Shown here: positions 11,778 through 26,590 of the stretch, piece after piece
Position numbering within the stretch: position 1 is the first letter of the stretch
Layout of the letters: every line of letters starts with the position of its first letter
Assembly (NCBI GenBank): GCA_951406725.2
Contig: OX597825.1
Coordinates: 25,916,001 to 25,980,000 of the forward strand
Origin: Octopus vulgaris
Lineage: Eukaryota
DNA: 64,000 nt
Direction of reading: 5' to 3'
Program-made: the position numbers and the translations under genes
Notes under the pieces: generated by a model
What the model was told of the DNA's origin: nothing
Databases searched by the model: none
The model's input: only the letters and a program-made list of their open reading frames with translations

Positions 11778-12668
11778 ATGTGTGTGTATGTGTGCGTGTG
11801 TGTGTGTGTATTTATATATATATATATGAAGAGAGAGACAAAGAGAGAGACAGAAAGAGAAAGAAAGAGAGAGATGTATGCACACATATGCACGCATATC
11901 CGTCTATGAACATTTATATGTGTATATATGGGTATTCACACATCTCACGCAAACGCGCACACATGCACTCACATGTACACATACTCAAAGTGAAAACTGT
12001 CAGTGAATAATACTGTGTTATGTGCGCGAATGCGCATGCGCGCAGGCGTGTTTGTTTATGGACGATGAATAAATAATAAGTTGCTTAGTGACGATGTAGA
12101 GGACGATGGCGACAGTGTAGATGTTTGGGATGATGATGATGATGATGAAGACGACTGAGTATAAGTATGATGACGACAACTACAACGAGGTTGAGTAGGA
12201 GGAGGAGGAGGAGAGAAAAGTAAGAACATGTAGAATAAGGAGAAGAGGGAGTGTGAGGGTGGGGGTCTGAATCTATTATGTCTGCCAAATTAACTACTAC
12301 TAACTGCTGACTTTCAATGTAACAGAACTTGTAATATTTTAGAATGTACCTACCGCTATTTTCTTATATATTTGTCATATTGTGTTTTCTTTCCAATCTT
12401 TGCATTTGTTTAAGCAATCAAAGAAAGCCATGTGGAAATATCAAAAAATAAAATCAAGGAATATATGAGTGCATATCTTTCAAATTATACTATTATTCGA
12501 ATTTATTCATTCAGTACAATATGAAGTGCTTAAATTGAAATTGGATATTGTACTGAGTAGACTTCACAAGATATACGTAATGAAGAATGGAATCAAAATA
12601 CAATAACGGTGTGAGCCAAGAAATTTCTAGCATTTCCGCACTGAGGTGACTGGTTAGTGTAGTAGGTT

Positions 12669-13119
12669 CTTATTTCTTTATTGCCCACAAGGGGCTAAAG
12701 ATAGAGGGGACAAACAAGGACAGACAAACGGATTAAGTCGATTATATGGACCTCAGTGCATAACTGTTACTTAATGTATCGACTCCGAAAGGATGAAAGG
12801 CAAATGTCGACCTCGGTGGAATTTGAACTCAGAACTTAATGGCAGACGAAACACCGCTAAGCATTTCGCTTGGCGTGCTAACGTTTCTTATTTCTTTACT
12901 GACCATAAGGAGCTACACACAGAGGGGACAGACAAGGACAGACAAACAGATTAAGTCCATTATATCGACCCTAATCCATAACTGGTACTGATTTAATCGA
13001 CCCCGAAAGGATGAAAAGCAAAGTCGAACACGGCGGAATTTGAACTCAGAACGTAGCGGCAGACGAAATACCGCTAAGAATTTTGCCCGGCGTGCTAACG
13101 TTTCTGCCAGCTAGCCGCC
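12669..13119 (-). mobile_element. SINE family B, dimer
   Basis: Two tandem bodies containing gcctttcatcctttcgg.gtcgat (Meta/MESC-like central domain) with an imperfect TSD ttagtg.agtag.ttct. Confidence 0.88.
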
Positions 13120-14639
13120 TTTAGTGAAGTAGCTTCTATTCAGGGACTCGTTTATTTCAAATGATGAATGCAAGCTATCAAATCATTTGCAAATGTCATA
13201 ACGTTGCTTCTGTTCGGAGGAACATGATGTACATATTTCGTGTCCATTGAGAATTGACTCTACTTGCAATGAAAATAAAGCAATTTTAATGGCATGACAT
13301 GGGCAATGAATACGGCAGTCTGCTATTGTTGACTTTCAAATTATCAATCTAGGCTCTCACGTGCATATAATGTATAGGCGTAGAGCAATTATGAACTGAA
13401 CCTACACCATATTAGTAATTATATCACGCGTCTATAAATGCTTGTGTCCGTCCGTGTGTATATATGTATATATTCATAACTATCTATCTGCCTGTATATA
13501 TGTATATAAAAATATGTACACACATACATGCACACGCACGCATACACAAACACCCACTGCACACGTATCTATAGGTTGCCAGATCTACCAATCTCTTAAA
13601 CATTTGTTGCTTATTCGCCTGAAATACTGTAGAATAAGTGAACATCTTAGGATAAGAAAGAGGAAAAAGACAAGAAAGCTTGTAATATTCTAATAGTATT
13701 GATATATGCATAGCAACATAGATAATATAGATATGTATGGGGAGGAGTTAGAGTAGGGAGAGAGAGAGAGAGAGAGAGAAAGAATGACAGAAAGATAGGT
13801 CAATTAATATATCAACATAGAAATCGATTCCTCGACCTATTGATTTATATATTTATAAATATCTTATATGAGTGGCAACAATGGTGTACCGTCAAAGCAT
13901 ATTTTCAAGCATTTACAATTAGGCAACAGTAAATGACAGACAATAAAGACGAAAACATGAAAGTCAGTGGCATAAAAGACATTGAAACATTAAGTGCTGG
14001 CCAATAAATGTTATAGAGATTGCATTTAAAAAGATAGGGCAGGGAGATTTCTAAAAGGAAACTGATGAGGGAAGTTTCATAACAAAGTTGGTTATAAAAG
14101 AATGTATATCGAATACTGATTCAATTAAATTCGGACAGTCACGTCGCTGAGGGAATATTTGAAGATTTGAAAATTTAAAAGACGAAATAAATTCGCGTGG
14201 TTAGAACGGAGGGCAAAATGTCTTACGATATTTGTTCTAGATATATTAAGGACGTAAATTCAAATCCCAGAGAAATAAATTTCAAGGTCAATGAAATACA
14301 GTAGCAGTCCGGTGTGGTTGATTTTGGAATTGTCAGAACGGGTGGTGAGGTGCCTTGACGTATTTATTTATTTTGGCCTTTGTCTTTCGAATCTTTGAGT
14401 GATAGACTTAATTCGTTGCTACGTTCAACAACGCTACCTGGTCCATAGGTGCTTTTTGTGTCACTTACTCTGTTGCAAGCGTTAAGACAAATCTCCTGTT
14501 TGAACATGGTGTCCTTTCTTTCTTCGCAATGTACGCAAAAGTAGAGGGGGAAAAGCTCTTTTCCCCGTCAGTATGCTTTAAAAGTTTATATATCTAAATT
14601 AAATTTTGTGTTTCCTAGGATGTAACTCCATTGGTCATC

Positions 14640-15420
14640 GCTACCTGATTTCTACGTTTTAAAAAGTCTTGTAGACGTTCTCCAACCTTTTCGACAATGC
14701 TGTGATCACGGAGCTTGTGAGCAAGCATTCATGGTCCAATTCATCAAAGCCTTTTCGAAAGTCGACACACATGACGTCCAGATTTGACTTGTTGAGCAAC
14801 TGTTTAACACACAGACGTAGTGCTATAGCAGTTGCGTAAGGCAGTTTCTACTTGGTCGAAAACAATGCTGGATACAATTCAACATGTCCTTCTCTTCAAG
14901 TAAAGCATTTACATTCTTTCTGACAATCCGTTCGATCACAGTGCTGTTTTGTGATGCCAGAGAGATAGGCCTATATTGTTTAGCATCTGCCCTCGTTCCT
15001 CCTTTATGGACAAGGCCTATTATCCATCACCTCCACCAATTTACCTGGAAGCTTACAACTTGAAAAGATGCTCTGAAAGAGAAGCTGCAGTGATTTTGCA
15101 AGGACCCGATTAGCATTATATGAGAAGGATGGCTGCAACTCCAGCAGTTGCGTTTGCGTCCATGGTCAGTATTACGTTTATGATGTCGATGTTATCAATT
15201 ACTACTGCCTTCCTGATTAAAGGTGTAGTGGCCAAGAACTCCGCTGGTTCGTTCACTTCCATGAGTTCTAACGGAGTAGTGAAAACACTTTTGAACTGTT
15301 TGTTCCATATTTTACTTATCCTCTTGGGTTACCTGCCAGAAAGCCATCCTTTTGGAGGAGGGGCCCTATCTCGTGGTGAACTGAGGCCGTTTCTTTGGCA
15401 AAATTAAAGAAAGCATCAAG
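14640..15420 (-). mobile_element. Decayed CR1/L2/Jockey-group LINE reverse transcriptase fragment
   Basis: Minus-strand translation gives VHKGGTRADAKQYRPISLAS, QHCFRPSRNCLTQLL and DVMCVDFRKGFDELDH (RT motifs), with stops. Confidence 0.82.
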
Positions 15421-16266
15421 GTTTGACTTTTATTATTTATAAGCCGGGCTTCTTTATTTATTCTCTCTTTTTCATGGAATTGTTGCGAATTTTTTCTCAA
15501 TCTCCATCAGTATCGTTTTCAGGCAGGACTTTGCAAATTTTGAGATGTTTGTTTAGGTGGCTTGCAATCATTGTCTGTCGTTCCGTCAGAATTTTCCTCA
15601 CTGCTTGTCAATTTGAGACTAGATGCTAGTATCTCAAATATATGATAACTGACAAGGTTTTTGCTTGATATTATATATTCATGCATAGTTTCATTCTCTG
15701 TGAAAGCAATAGCAAGGGTCAGCTTTTAACTTCATTTTCTACGCCTTAAATTAATCTCGAAAATGAATACACAATAATGTGTATGGAAATCATTTCAGTC
15801 TTATAACGAAAGCAGATTGCAGATTCTCTCCATGAGCGTTTTATTTCTCACAACAGACCCCAATAATAAAATCGTACCTTCTTTCTTTAGTACAATGCAA
15901 CTAATAAGTATGTGATTGAATCCAAACTACTATTGGTATGATATTTATTTTATTGACATTAAAACGATGAAGTCGAAGCTGCTTTAAGCAGGATATGAGT
16001 GAAACGAAATTAAACAATGTCAGGTGTTTAGTTCTGTACAATGCACATGTTGCACCTGTCAGCTCTAGGCAAATATATAGGAGTAAATCTTACTATAATT
16101 TACGAAATTATTATTGGTACCATTTTGCATTTCATATATCCCCGAGCATTTATTGTACACCAATATAATAATAATTCTTCAATTCCTTATATGTTATTTC
16201 CTTTTCCCCTCTTTGCAAATATTTGGTTAAACAGAATATAAAGCATATTAGATATAAACAAATTAC

Positions 16267-16299
<33 letters not shown>

Positions 16300-16458
16300 C
16301 ATGCATACATACACACACATATATATTTGTATGTATATATATATACATATGAATCAGGGCAATTATCTATCTATCTATCTACCTACCCATTTTTCTCTCT
16401 CTCCCCTATCTCTCTATATGTATGTATATGGGTTTGTGGGTTTGTGTGTTTGTGTTTA

Positions 16459-16514
<56 letters not shown>

Positions 16515-16528
16515 GAATAGGGGCAATA

Positions 16529-16560
<32 letters not shown>

Positions 16561-17309
16561 ATATATCTGTGTAGCTATCTATCTATGTACCATCTTTCTC
16601 TCTCTCTCCCTCTCCCTCTCTATATATAGGTATGTATGCATCCGTATATATATGTGTGTGCGTTTGTGTTTATATATATATATATATATATATATACATA
16701 CAAACATACATGCATACATACATACATATATACATAGACGTGTGTGTATGTATAAATGGCGGAAATGTGAAAACGATAGAAATATAAGTGAAAAGGAATG
16801 CAACCACATTATCAATAATGATCGAACGCAAAATGTAATAGGTTTCAAAAAATAAAGGATGATAGATATTTCAATAAAGTTTGATGCATGAGGCTCCGTA
16901 TGAACTACTGGGTATAGGGCCACTTAATGCATTTTTCATAATGTTATTTACCGGGACAATGAAACTGTGAAAATGACAGCTAATATTATATCCGTCAGGT
17001 GAATTTTCCTTTAAGAAATTTTTACCTTTAGGTTTGTATCTATCCTGCTGGAAGATATAAAAAGCAATTAAATAATATATTGAGAATTCTGTTTTCGATT
17101 TGAGTATTCGTTCGTATTTTGAAAATTATAAAATGTACTTATTGTAAAAGAAACCCCTGTTCGTGTGAGATAATACACGTATAGCTGAAGTTATATCTAC
17201 AACCGAATATTGATAAAGTGACTATTTGCTGAAGTTAATAAGCTTCTAATGCTGAGGATGAAAAATTTATCAAGAAATGGGAGAAATGCTACCAACAATA
17301 TTCACTGAT

Positions 17310-17646
17310 GTTTACTTCCCAATCATCTAGTCCCGGTTTCAGTTCCACTGTGTGGGGCTTTGAGAATGTATCTCCTACTACGGATTTGCTAGACGGAAAC
17401 TGTAAGACGTCCAACGCATATTTGTGCGTGCCTGTGTATGTATTTGTGTGCATCGTTGCGTTTTTCCTCCATGCTTCAGCCGGTGTTGGTTTGCTTATGT
17501 CTCCGTAAACTAGCGGTTGTCCAAAGGGACCAATAGATAAGTAAGAAACCTTAAAAATAAGCAACTTCAGTCGATTTCTTCGACTAAAATCCCTTCGAGG
17601 CGGTGCTCAAGAATGGCCGCAATACAATGAGTCAAACAAGTAAAAG
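17310..17646 (+). mobile_element. SINE family A, old copy
   Basis: ggatttgctagacggaaactg, tagcggtt, cgactaaaa...ggcggtgctc...tggccgca...acaagtaaaaga. Confidence 0.72.
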
Positions 17647-17670
17647 ATTTGCTATGTATATATAAATGTG

Positions 17671-17735
<65 letters not shown>

Positions 17736-17797
17736 ATTTGGTCTACATGTCTAGCTATCTACTCTCTCTTTCTCCTCTTTCTCTCTCTCTTACTCTA

Positions 17798-17839
<42 letters not shown>

Positions 17840-18031
17840 AGCCGATGGGGCGGCTTTTTAGCTAGTTCCTGAGGAGGGCTCTTCATTGGGCCTTGGGCCA
17901 GCAATGACACTTCACGCATCGAGTACATATTAAATTTAAACTTGACCAATATTTTTCAAGCACTGAACAATTTTCATCAAAACAATGATATAATTTGTCG
18001 ACTTGAAACTTATTGCAAAGCTGCATCATAC

Positions 18032-18066
<35 letters not shown>

Positions 18067-18410
18067 GTTTTCAACCATCACATCACCAGTATCAACACCA
18101 TCGCCACCACAACTGCCATACACACGCCATTCGGAATTCTGACACCATCACCATCATTACTTTTGACTTCGCTGCGTCCCCCTCCACCATCATATCAGCA
18201 CCGTCTTTCAAATCGCTTACTATCACCGTCATCCATGACCGTCTCGGCTACCACCACCACATTCATCACCGTCGCGTCCGCTTCTATGCCTAATGTTACT
18301 CTCACCCCAACATGAGGAATAGCAGACGTGTCATTGAATAGTGAGTGAGAGAGTCAAAGTGTGACATACTGACACACAGAAATTCGTTTTGGCATTTATT
18401 ACATATGCAC

Positions 18411-18485
<75 letters not shown>

Positions 18486-18614
18486 CATATATACATACAT
18501 ACATACATATATACATACATACGTAAATACATACATATATATTGAAGTGAATATAAAGAGAAACTGAGCATGTAGCTTGTGAGGGGCTTCTCATATATAG
18601 TGTACTGTACTCAG

Positions 18615-18987
18615 TATCTTCTACTTGTTTCAGCCATCGGATTGAAACTATATTGGGGCACCGCCGTGAGAGATTGTTAGAAGAAGAAATCAGCCACGTA
18701 ATCATTTATAAATCTGCCAATTATCCAGTTCGTGTTTTTGCCGAAGCGTTAAGAGGATGTGAGCATAAACGATACCGGTTGTCAAGCGGAAGGTAGGCAG
18801 AGGCAGAAAAACACGTACACGCACACATATTTACAAGATGGTATTTCGTTCAATTTCCAACTACCAAATTCACTAAAAATGCATTGGCACGCCCGAACAG
18901 AAGACACTTTTCCAATTTGCCGGCAGTTGGATTGAACCCGCAGCGTCGTGGTTGCAAAAGGAGTTTCTTAACCATAGAACCTGCACC
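18615..18987 (-). mobile_element. SINE family A, old copy
   Basis: tacttgtttcagccat, ggcaccgcc, tttttgccgaa, ccggttgtcaagcg, ctaccaaattcact. Confidence 0.7.
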
Positions 18988-19776
18988 TATACTAAGAAAC
19001 TGTCCAAAGACAGCACCAAAGATAGTTTTTGGTAGACAGTAGATCCTAATTTTAACTCATTTAACAACAAAACCAAAAGGTAACAAATTTCTGTGTAACA
19101 TATAAGAAACTTTACATGACTTACAAATGACAATACGCAAATACTGTGGAACTTTTTGCACGCATATAGATCTCTAGATATAACTTAATAAATGTAGAGT
19201 CATGTTGCATGACAGAAATGACAATAGTGTGATATTAATCGAATTATAAATACTAAAGGAATATAATGTTGTATAAGACTAAAAAAACTGATAGATGATA
19301 AAACACAATATAACAGAATAAAATAACCCCGACTTAGTTTTTGAATTAAAATATTATTCCAGTAAACTAGTATGCTGGGGTGCAACAGAAATAATAGAAA
19401 CTTATTAATGTGAATACATCGACAGCTCACCTCTACGGAGAGAAAAAATACGTTTCAAAAATTAGAAATTGGAGGAGCTGTAAAATATTGTTAGATTATA
19501 TTCACAGGATATTTGGCATATTGTTTCAACTATTTTGTGGATATTGCGTACTATGTATCTGGATTCATTTATGATGAAGGAATAAGATTAATTATTTATT
19601 CCAGTGGTGACCACAGTGGATACATACCTCAAGTAACGGTTACAGGATATATGTGGTGCTGTTTGTGCATACACACATGCGCACATACATATATGCATAA
19701 TACACACATCTATAGTTCTGTCTATTTTTTTCTATCTATCTATACTCACACACGTATATGTATATATGTGTTTGTG

Positions 19777-19846
<70 letters not shown>

Positions 19847-19976
19847 GAGAGAAAGAGAGAAAGACAGATCGATAGAGGTAGATGTATGAACATAATATAT
19901 CCAACTTCCTTTCTCTGTCAGTTTGTCTGTATTTCTCTCTCTCTCTCTCCCTTTCTCTCTCACTCTGCATATATGT

Positions 19977-20007
<31 letters not shown>

Positions 20008-20010
<3 letters not shown>

Positions 20011-20530
20011 GTGGTCTGATCAATAAGTATTTTCAAAAAGCTTTCATCGTTCTCGACACAATCAAGGAGATCATGTGCTGCTGAAACCCGAGATTTGCTT
20101 TGATCAGCTGAAAGCAATTCTGGCACAAACTTGGCATCCACTTGTCTCACACCCAAATCTTCAGTGATAATGGACTCAATTGAACCGTAACTATTCTGCA
20201 CACCCTCCGATAACTCACGGATGGTGATTCTACGATTTCCCCTCACAGCTGCACGCATATCTGCGATGTTTTTCTCATTTCTGCCGGTGAGAGTCTCCCA
20301 GAACGTTCGTCAATATTGACATTTTTCATCGATCTTAGAAACGTCTGAATCACTCGTACACTTGTGTGCGTCACATACACTCCTATCCATAAACTTTCTG
20401 CGACTTTGCGTAGGCCTCTGAACAGGTATCGGCGCGACAACTTTCTCTGTCATGGTCAATGCGGCAGTCGTACGCTCAGCACATTCTTTCAAGCACTGTA
20501 GTAAACAGAGGACGTGGTCTAAAACGTTGA
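20008..20530 (-). mobile_element. Internally deleted mariner: transposase N-terminal HTH region plus one TIR-like end
   Basis: NIDERSGR then VRGNRRITIRELSEGVQNSYGSIESIITEDLGVRQVDAKFVPELLSADQ (HTH2 and WVPxxL-like motif); TAcgtggtctgatcaataagtat at 20008. Confidence 0.85.
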
Positions 20531-20573
20531 ATCGTAACACGCACATACATATCGTAATACACACACACACACG

Positions 20574-20606
<33 letters not shown>

Positions 20607-20711
20607 GTGTGTGTGTGTGTATGTGTGTGTGTGTATGTGTGTGTATATATAAGTGTATGACAAAAGACGAAGGCAGGTTTACGGAAATAAACAAAAAGAC
20701 GAAGGCAGGTG

Positions 20712-20759
<48 letters not shown>

Positions 20760-20816
20760 AGTGTTGTGCCTACGCTATATATATATATATATATATACAG
20801 TGTATGAATATATATA

Positions 20817-20861
<45 letters not shown>

Positions 20862-20883
20862 TGTCTATCGAATCATCTATCGA

Positions 20884-20960
<77 letters not shown>

Positions 20961-22194
20961 CATGAGGACCTCGGCTAGGCAATCGTTTCAAAACGTAATG
21001 CTATATGGAAAGACAAGCAGCAAGTGTAGCGCACATAAAAAATATGAACAGTCGATCTGAAGAAGGATATCATATGCTCCTTACTACCTTAACCACAGCA
21101 TGTATCAAATGGGCTGCCCGGAACTTCAGTAGATTGGCGACCTCTCCACTCCTTCCATGAATTACACCTGCAGGATTGCTTTGGTACCATCAGGTCTCGT
21201 CAGTTCCTGAATGTTCAAATCGACTTGTTGTGGGTCACATCTGTACCAAGTACTTATTATTCCTTATTCTAAATTTGACGACAAATGTCAATATCTGTAA
21301 TAATATCATTATCCTTCATACTGGTATTTCTCAATTACCATCTCTAGCTTTGTTCTCCACTGATTCTCAATCTTCAAGGCCAGGTGTACACTTTGCTATG
21401 CCACACTTCTTTCTATCGGGTACATGTCCTCACAAATCTCGGCAAAACGATTTAAAGATTTGAATGAAAAACCGAGAGATAAACATACTCTATCCGAAAG
21501 TATAACTCTAAATCTAAAGAACAATAACCTGAGTATTTCTCGTGTACATAAAACCTTAAATCTAATAACATAATTGATAAATACCTAACTGTATAGCTGT
21601 GCTACATAGATTCATGTGTTTATTAACCAATTATTGATCAATATCTCATAAATAAATCATAGTTGATGTTCTATATTACATCCATTATATTTCTAAGATG
21701 GCCAGATATGATTTCAAGAAAAATTGGCAGGTATAAATGGCATGTTAATTGATTGTACTGATCTTTTCTCATTCATTGGTTTGCTGGTATCCTGTTTTTC
21801 TTACGATGTCCTAAATCGGCCTTCATTTTGTCGATGCATAATTAAAAAAGGCAATCTAAACGTGACCATCCCATCTCAGTACAAAATAGTATATATTAAA
21901 TCCATTGTATTCTAGTTTCAGGCATCGTAGTTGGTTGTGATTTAAGAAAGATTTAGCAGTTATTTCCAGCATATATGTGAATGTGAGTGTCTCTGTGTGT
22001 ATGTGTTTGTGCGTGTGTGTGAGTGCGTGTGTGTGTATGTGTGTATAAAAAGTTCAATTAGAAGACAGATAAGGCTCATTAAGGGATAATAATATACTAT
22101 GTATTACTGGTTCATTACCTAGTAATTGTTGTAAATATTAATTATAATATTCATGGATAATAGATAATTCGATAAACCAGAGTTTATATTTATT

Positions 22195-22460
22195 CAAGAA
22201 AAATAAGAAAATGGAGATAAATCAATTAATATGTATATTTATTAACTGCAAAAAATAAGCATAATCGCTAATATCTGTTTCGATTCATACTTTAAAGATA
22301 ATTATAATAATTAAATCATTTTGAAAAGCAGAATCTCATCAGAGGCAGAAAAAAGATTCTACTTGATTCAATTATTTCTATTATAATATTTAAAGTACGA
22401 ATCGAAACAGCTGTTAATATATACTTATTAATTGATTTATCACCATTTTCTTATTTCTCT
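22195..22460. mobile_element. Inverted pair of Penelope-like repeats with a hammerhead core on the minus strand
   Basis: Arms are imperfect reverse complements; minus strand CTGATGA (22342-22336), GATTC..GAATC, GAAA (22281-22278). Confidence 0.65.
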
Positions 22461-22582
22461 GTCTCTGTCTGTCAGTCTGTCTGTCTGTCTCTCTCTCTCT
22501 CTATATATATACATATATATGTGTGCGTGTGTGTATTGTGTTGTAGAATGTTGACGTAGCATTATTGAATTCCTTTGTAACC

Positions 22583-22813
22583 TATTTCTTTATTATCCAC
22601 AAGGGGCTAAACATAGAGGGGACAAACAAGGACAGACATAGGTATTAAGTCGATTACATCGACCCCAGTGCGTAACTGGTACTTAATTTATCGACCCCGA
22701 AAGGATGAAAGGTAAAGTCGACCTCGGCGGAATATGAACTCAGAACGTAACGGCAGACGAAATACCGCTAAGCATTTCGCTCGACGTGCTAACGTTTCTG
22801 CCAGCTCGCCGCC
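22583..22813 (-). mobile_element. SINE family B monomer with 15-bp TSD
   Basis: TSD aattcctttgtaacc at 22568-22582 and 22818-22832. Confidence 0.93.
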
Positions 22814-24251
22814 TTTCAATTCCTTTGTAACCGACTGCTTGACCCTTTAAACATAGTACCAATACTAAACTCTCCGTCCGAACTTAATTATAGAGTGATT
22901 TCGGATTTAACCTGCTTCTTAATTTCCACCAGAAACATTTTCGATTGTATTATCTTTAGCAATCAGCTATTTAATGGTTTCCCTGATAAGGATTGTTGTT
23001 GTTGTTGTTGCTGATACTTTTGATGCTGTTATAATTGTTTAACTCCTAAAGAAAGTTAATCAATTAAGCATATGTGAAATCCTACTTTATGCTTCAGCAA
23101 CAGTGTATCAAGAGCCACAATATCCAATATGTCTGCCTACATTTTAAGAGTGTTGGTTGTGAGTGGAGGCATACTGAGCTGCTGTTTCAAGCGAACTCCG
23201 GTGACCACCAAGACGTCGACTTATTGACTCATGAAGAGACCTTTTCCCCCGGTTATGTTGTGTAATGCTTCTTTCAGTCCAAATAGTAACGTTAAGTCCA
23301 TTGTCCAATTGTGCTTTATGTAAGAGAACTCCGTTTTCTTATTTTTTACATTTGCACAAATTATTCATGACATTCTAGGTATGATTTTCTCCCATTATGT
23401 TCATAACAAGTACCTTCACAATATATATTATATTGATAAATCAACTGTAGCTCAGAGAGGAATCTTCTTATGTAATTGCTTCCATAGGAAAGCCTTCATC
23501 GATAGTCTTCCCAAAAGATGGAAAGGAGAAAGATAAAAATAAAATCTAACAAGTTAAACACTAAATAATATTATATGATTTACTTGATAATCTGAGCTAA
23601 GTTAGACCTAAAAGTGTGTTTGTTCTCTTTCAGCACCTTAAATTTCAAATAAAACGGAGGGAAAAAGAGTTAATTTGTGTAGCAGTAAATCTAATATTTT
23701 CTTCCTGATGTCAAGGAAATATGGTGCAGTATACTTCCCGAATATCTATACCTTGAACTTAAAAAAAACCCAAAGTATAATAAAACTATATACTTGTAAA
23801 TGTGATAGAGTAAATGCAGTATGTAGCTAAGGAAGATAAATGATTATCTGTATCTCATGAAGCTGTATTTAGATTTCATCTAAGATAGAAAACATAAATA
23901 ATAACAGAAAAGAAAGAAGCAGACGAAAAATGTGATAACGATAGGAGGTAGATACCAAAGCTATATAGATTATAAACAAAATGAGAAGTGTTTGTTAAAG
24001 GTTCAGCAAAAATAAATGTATGAGAAACTGTATATGTGCAAGGAAATGGAGACGAAAAATACAATATTTGCTTCCGTTTCATTTCATGTTGAATAATGAA
24101 AACGTGGTGATAGTATGGGAAGGTGACGCATAAGAGATAATGAATAACACATTAGATCAGTAATATGAGTAGTTTTGTGGTATTTATAGTTTATAGTGTT
24201 CGCTTTTTATATTACTACAATTTGTACTTATTGATATTTATATATATGTAA

Positions 24252-25130
24252 GGCAGCGAGCTGGCAGAAACGTTAGCACGCCAGGCAAAATACGTAGCCG
24301 TATTTCGTCTGCCGTTACGTTCTGAATTCAAATTCCACCGAGGTCGACTTTGCCTTTCATCCTTTCGGGGTCGATAAATTAAGTTCCAGTTACGCACCGG
24401 GGTCGATATAATCAACCTAATCTGTTTGTCTGTCCTTGTTTGTCCTCTCTGTGTTTAGCCTCTTGTGGGTAGTAAAGAATTAGGTATTTTGTCTGTCCTT
24501 ACGTTCTAAATTTAAATTTCGCCGAGGTCGACTTTGCCTTTCATCTTTTAGGGGTCGATTAAATAAGTACCAGTCACACACTGGAGTCGATGTAATCAAC
24601 TTAATCCCTTTGTCCTTGTTTATCCCCTCTATGTTTAGCCTTCTGTGGGCAATAAAGAAATATATATATCAGGCAGCGAGCTGGTGGAATCGTTAGCTCG
24701 CCGAGCGAAATGCTCAACGGTATTTCGTCTGCGTTACGTTGTGAGTTCAAATTCCGCCGAGGTCGACTTTGCCTTTCATCCTTTCGGGGTCGATAAATTA
24801 AGTACCAGTTACCCATTGGGGTCCATGTAATCGACTTAATACCTATGTCTGTCCTTGTTTGTCCCCTCTGTGTTTAGCCCCTTGTGAGTAATAAAGAAAT
24901 AGGTATTTCGTCCGCCCTGACGTTCTCAGATCAAATTACGCCAGGGTGGACTTTGCTGTTTATCCTTTCGTCCATCTTAACGTTCTCAGTTCAAATTCCG
25001 CCGGGGTCAACTTTGCTTTCATCGTTTCGCCGTCGTTAGAATAATTACCAGTTGACGACTGGCGTCGATGTAGTCGACTTACCCTCTGCCCTTGAAATTG
25101 CCGGCCTTGTGACAAACTTTGAAATCAGTA
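24252..25130 (+). mobile_element. Cluster of SINE family B units (dimer 24252-24660, then multimer from 24672)
   Basis: Repeated gaggtcgactttgcctttcatc units; heads at 24252 and 24672. Confidence 0.88.
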
Positions 25131-25477
25131 TTCCTATATCATTAGGGTGGGTATTTGACAGAAGATTTAAGGAAACAGAAAGAATTCTGAGTTCAAAAGC
25201 TAAGTCAGACTTGCTACTCATTATTTCGGGGTCAATAAAATGAAGTCCAAATGAAGTGCTGTTGTGGGGGGCTGTAATCAACAGACCCATTCTTTCAAAA
25301 TTACTACCAGCATATTTGTCACACCAAAATGAGGGAAAACTAGTTTGATCCAGCTGGATTCGAACTTACAGCTGGGATGATTCTGATAAAAGAATGTATC
25401 CAGTCTTGTAAAAACTGTTTGCCAGTTGATAGTTGTGTGTGTGTGTATGTATGTATGTACGCATGTATGTATATTAT

Positions 25478-25847
25478 AGGCTGTGTGGTAGGAAGCTTGC
25501 TTCCCAACGACATGGCCCTGGATCAGTCCCAGTGCTTGGTACTCTGGGAATATGTCTTTTATTATATTCCCGACCAATGCCGTGTTAGTGGATTTCATAG
25601 ACGGAAGCTGAAAGTAATCCTTGGTGTATGTGTATTCATATATTCATGCGTGTGTGTCTTTGTATGTGTTTGCCCTCCCAACATCGCTTCACAATCAGTG
25701 TTGATTTGTCAACTTAGCGGTTCGGAGAATAAGACCATAGAATAAGTAACAGGCTTTAAAAGTACTTAAGACAATTTGCTCGACTAAAACTCATCCAGAA
25801 AACGCTCCAGTGAGATGGCCGCAATCTAATGACTCAAGCAAGTAAAA
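25478..25847 (+). mobile_element. SINE family A, old copy
   Basis: ggctgtgtggtaggaagcttgc head; cttagcggttcgg, atagaataagta, gctcgactaaa, aagtaaaag. Confidence 0.75.
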
Positions 25848-26039
25848 GGTGAATGTTACGTGCGTTTATGTAAGCTGCACAGTAGAAGATCCTCAGAGAA
25901 AAACACTCTCCACCGGCACATATTTCGGCCCTTAACTTCTTACACGCTAAGGGAGGCCGGAGCTCATCTCCTTTGACTCAGCATTCAAACTTATACTTCA
26001 AGAAGAAATAACAATGCTTATTATCTTATATGTATTCTT

Positions 26040-26250
26040 TTATTCTTTTATTTGTTTCAGTCATTTGACTGCGGCAATGCTGGAGCACCGCCTTTAGTCG
26101 AACAAATCGACCCCAGGTCTTACTTTTTGTAAGTTCAATACTTATTTTGTCGGCTTCTTTTTCCGAACTCTTAGGTTAGGGGGACGAAAGCACACCTTGT
26201 AATTTGTTCTATCTGTGTGCAGCCCTGTGTGGCTAATAAAGAAACATATC

Positions 26251-26325
<75 letters not shown>

Positions 26326-26346
26326 GGCTAGCTAGCTATCTCCTAC

Positions 26347-26420
<74 letters not shown>

Positions 26421-26590
26421 ATCTCTCTATATCCGATGGGCTTCTTTCAGTTTCTGTCTACCAAATCCACTCACAGGACTTTGATCGGCCCGAGACTATA
26501 GTAGAAGACACTTTCCCGAGGTGCCGCGCAGTGAGACTGAACCTGGAACCATGTGGTTGGGAAGCAAGCTTCATACCACACAACCACGCG
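26040..26590 (-). mobile_element. SINE family A interrupted by a short LINE 3' tail (26195-26250) and (TATC)n
   Basis: SINE 3' half at 26040-26195 and 5' half at 26432-26590; the insert matches 52730-52785. Confidence 0.82.
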
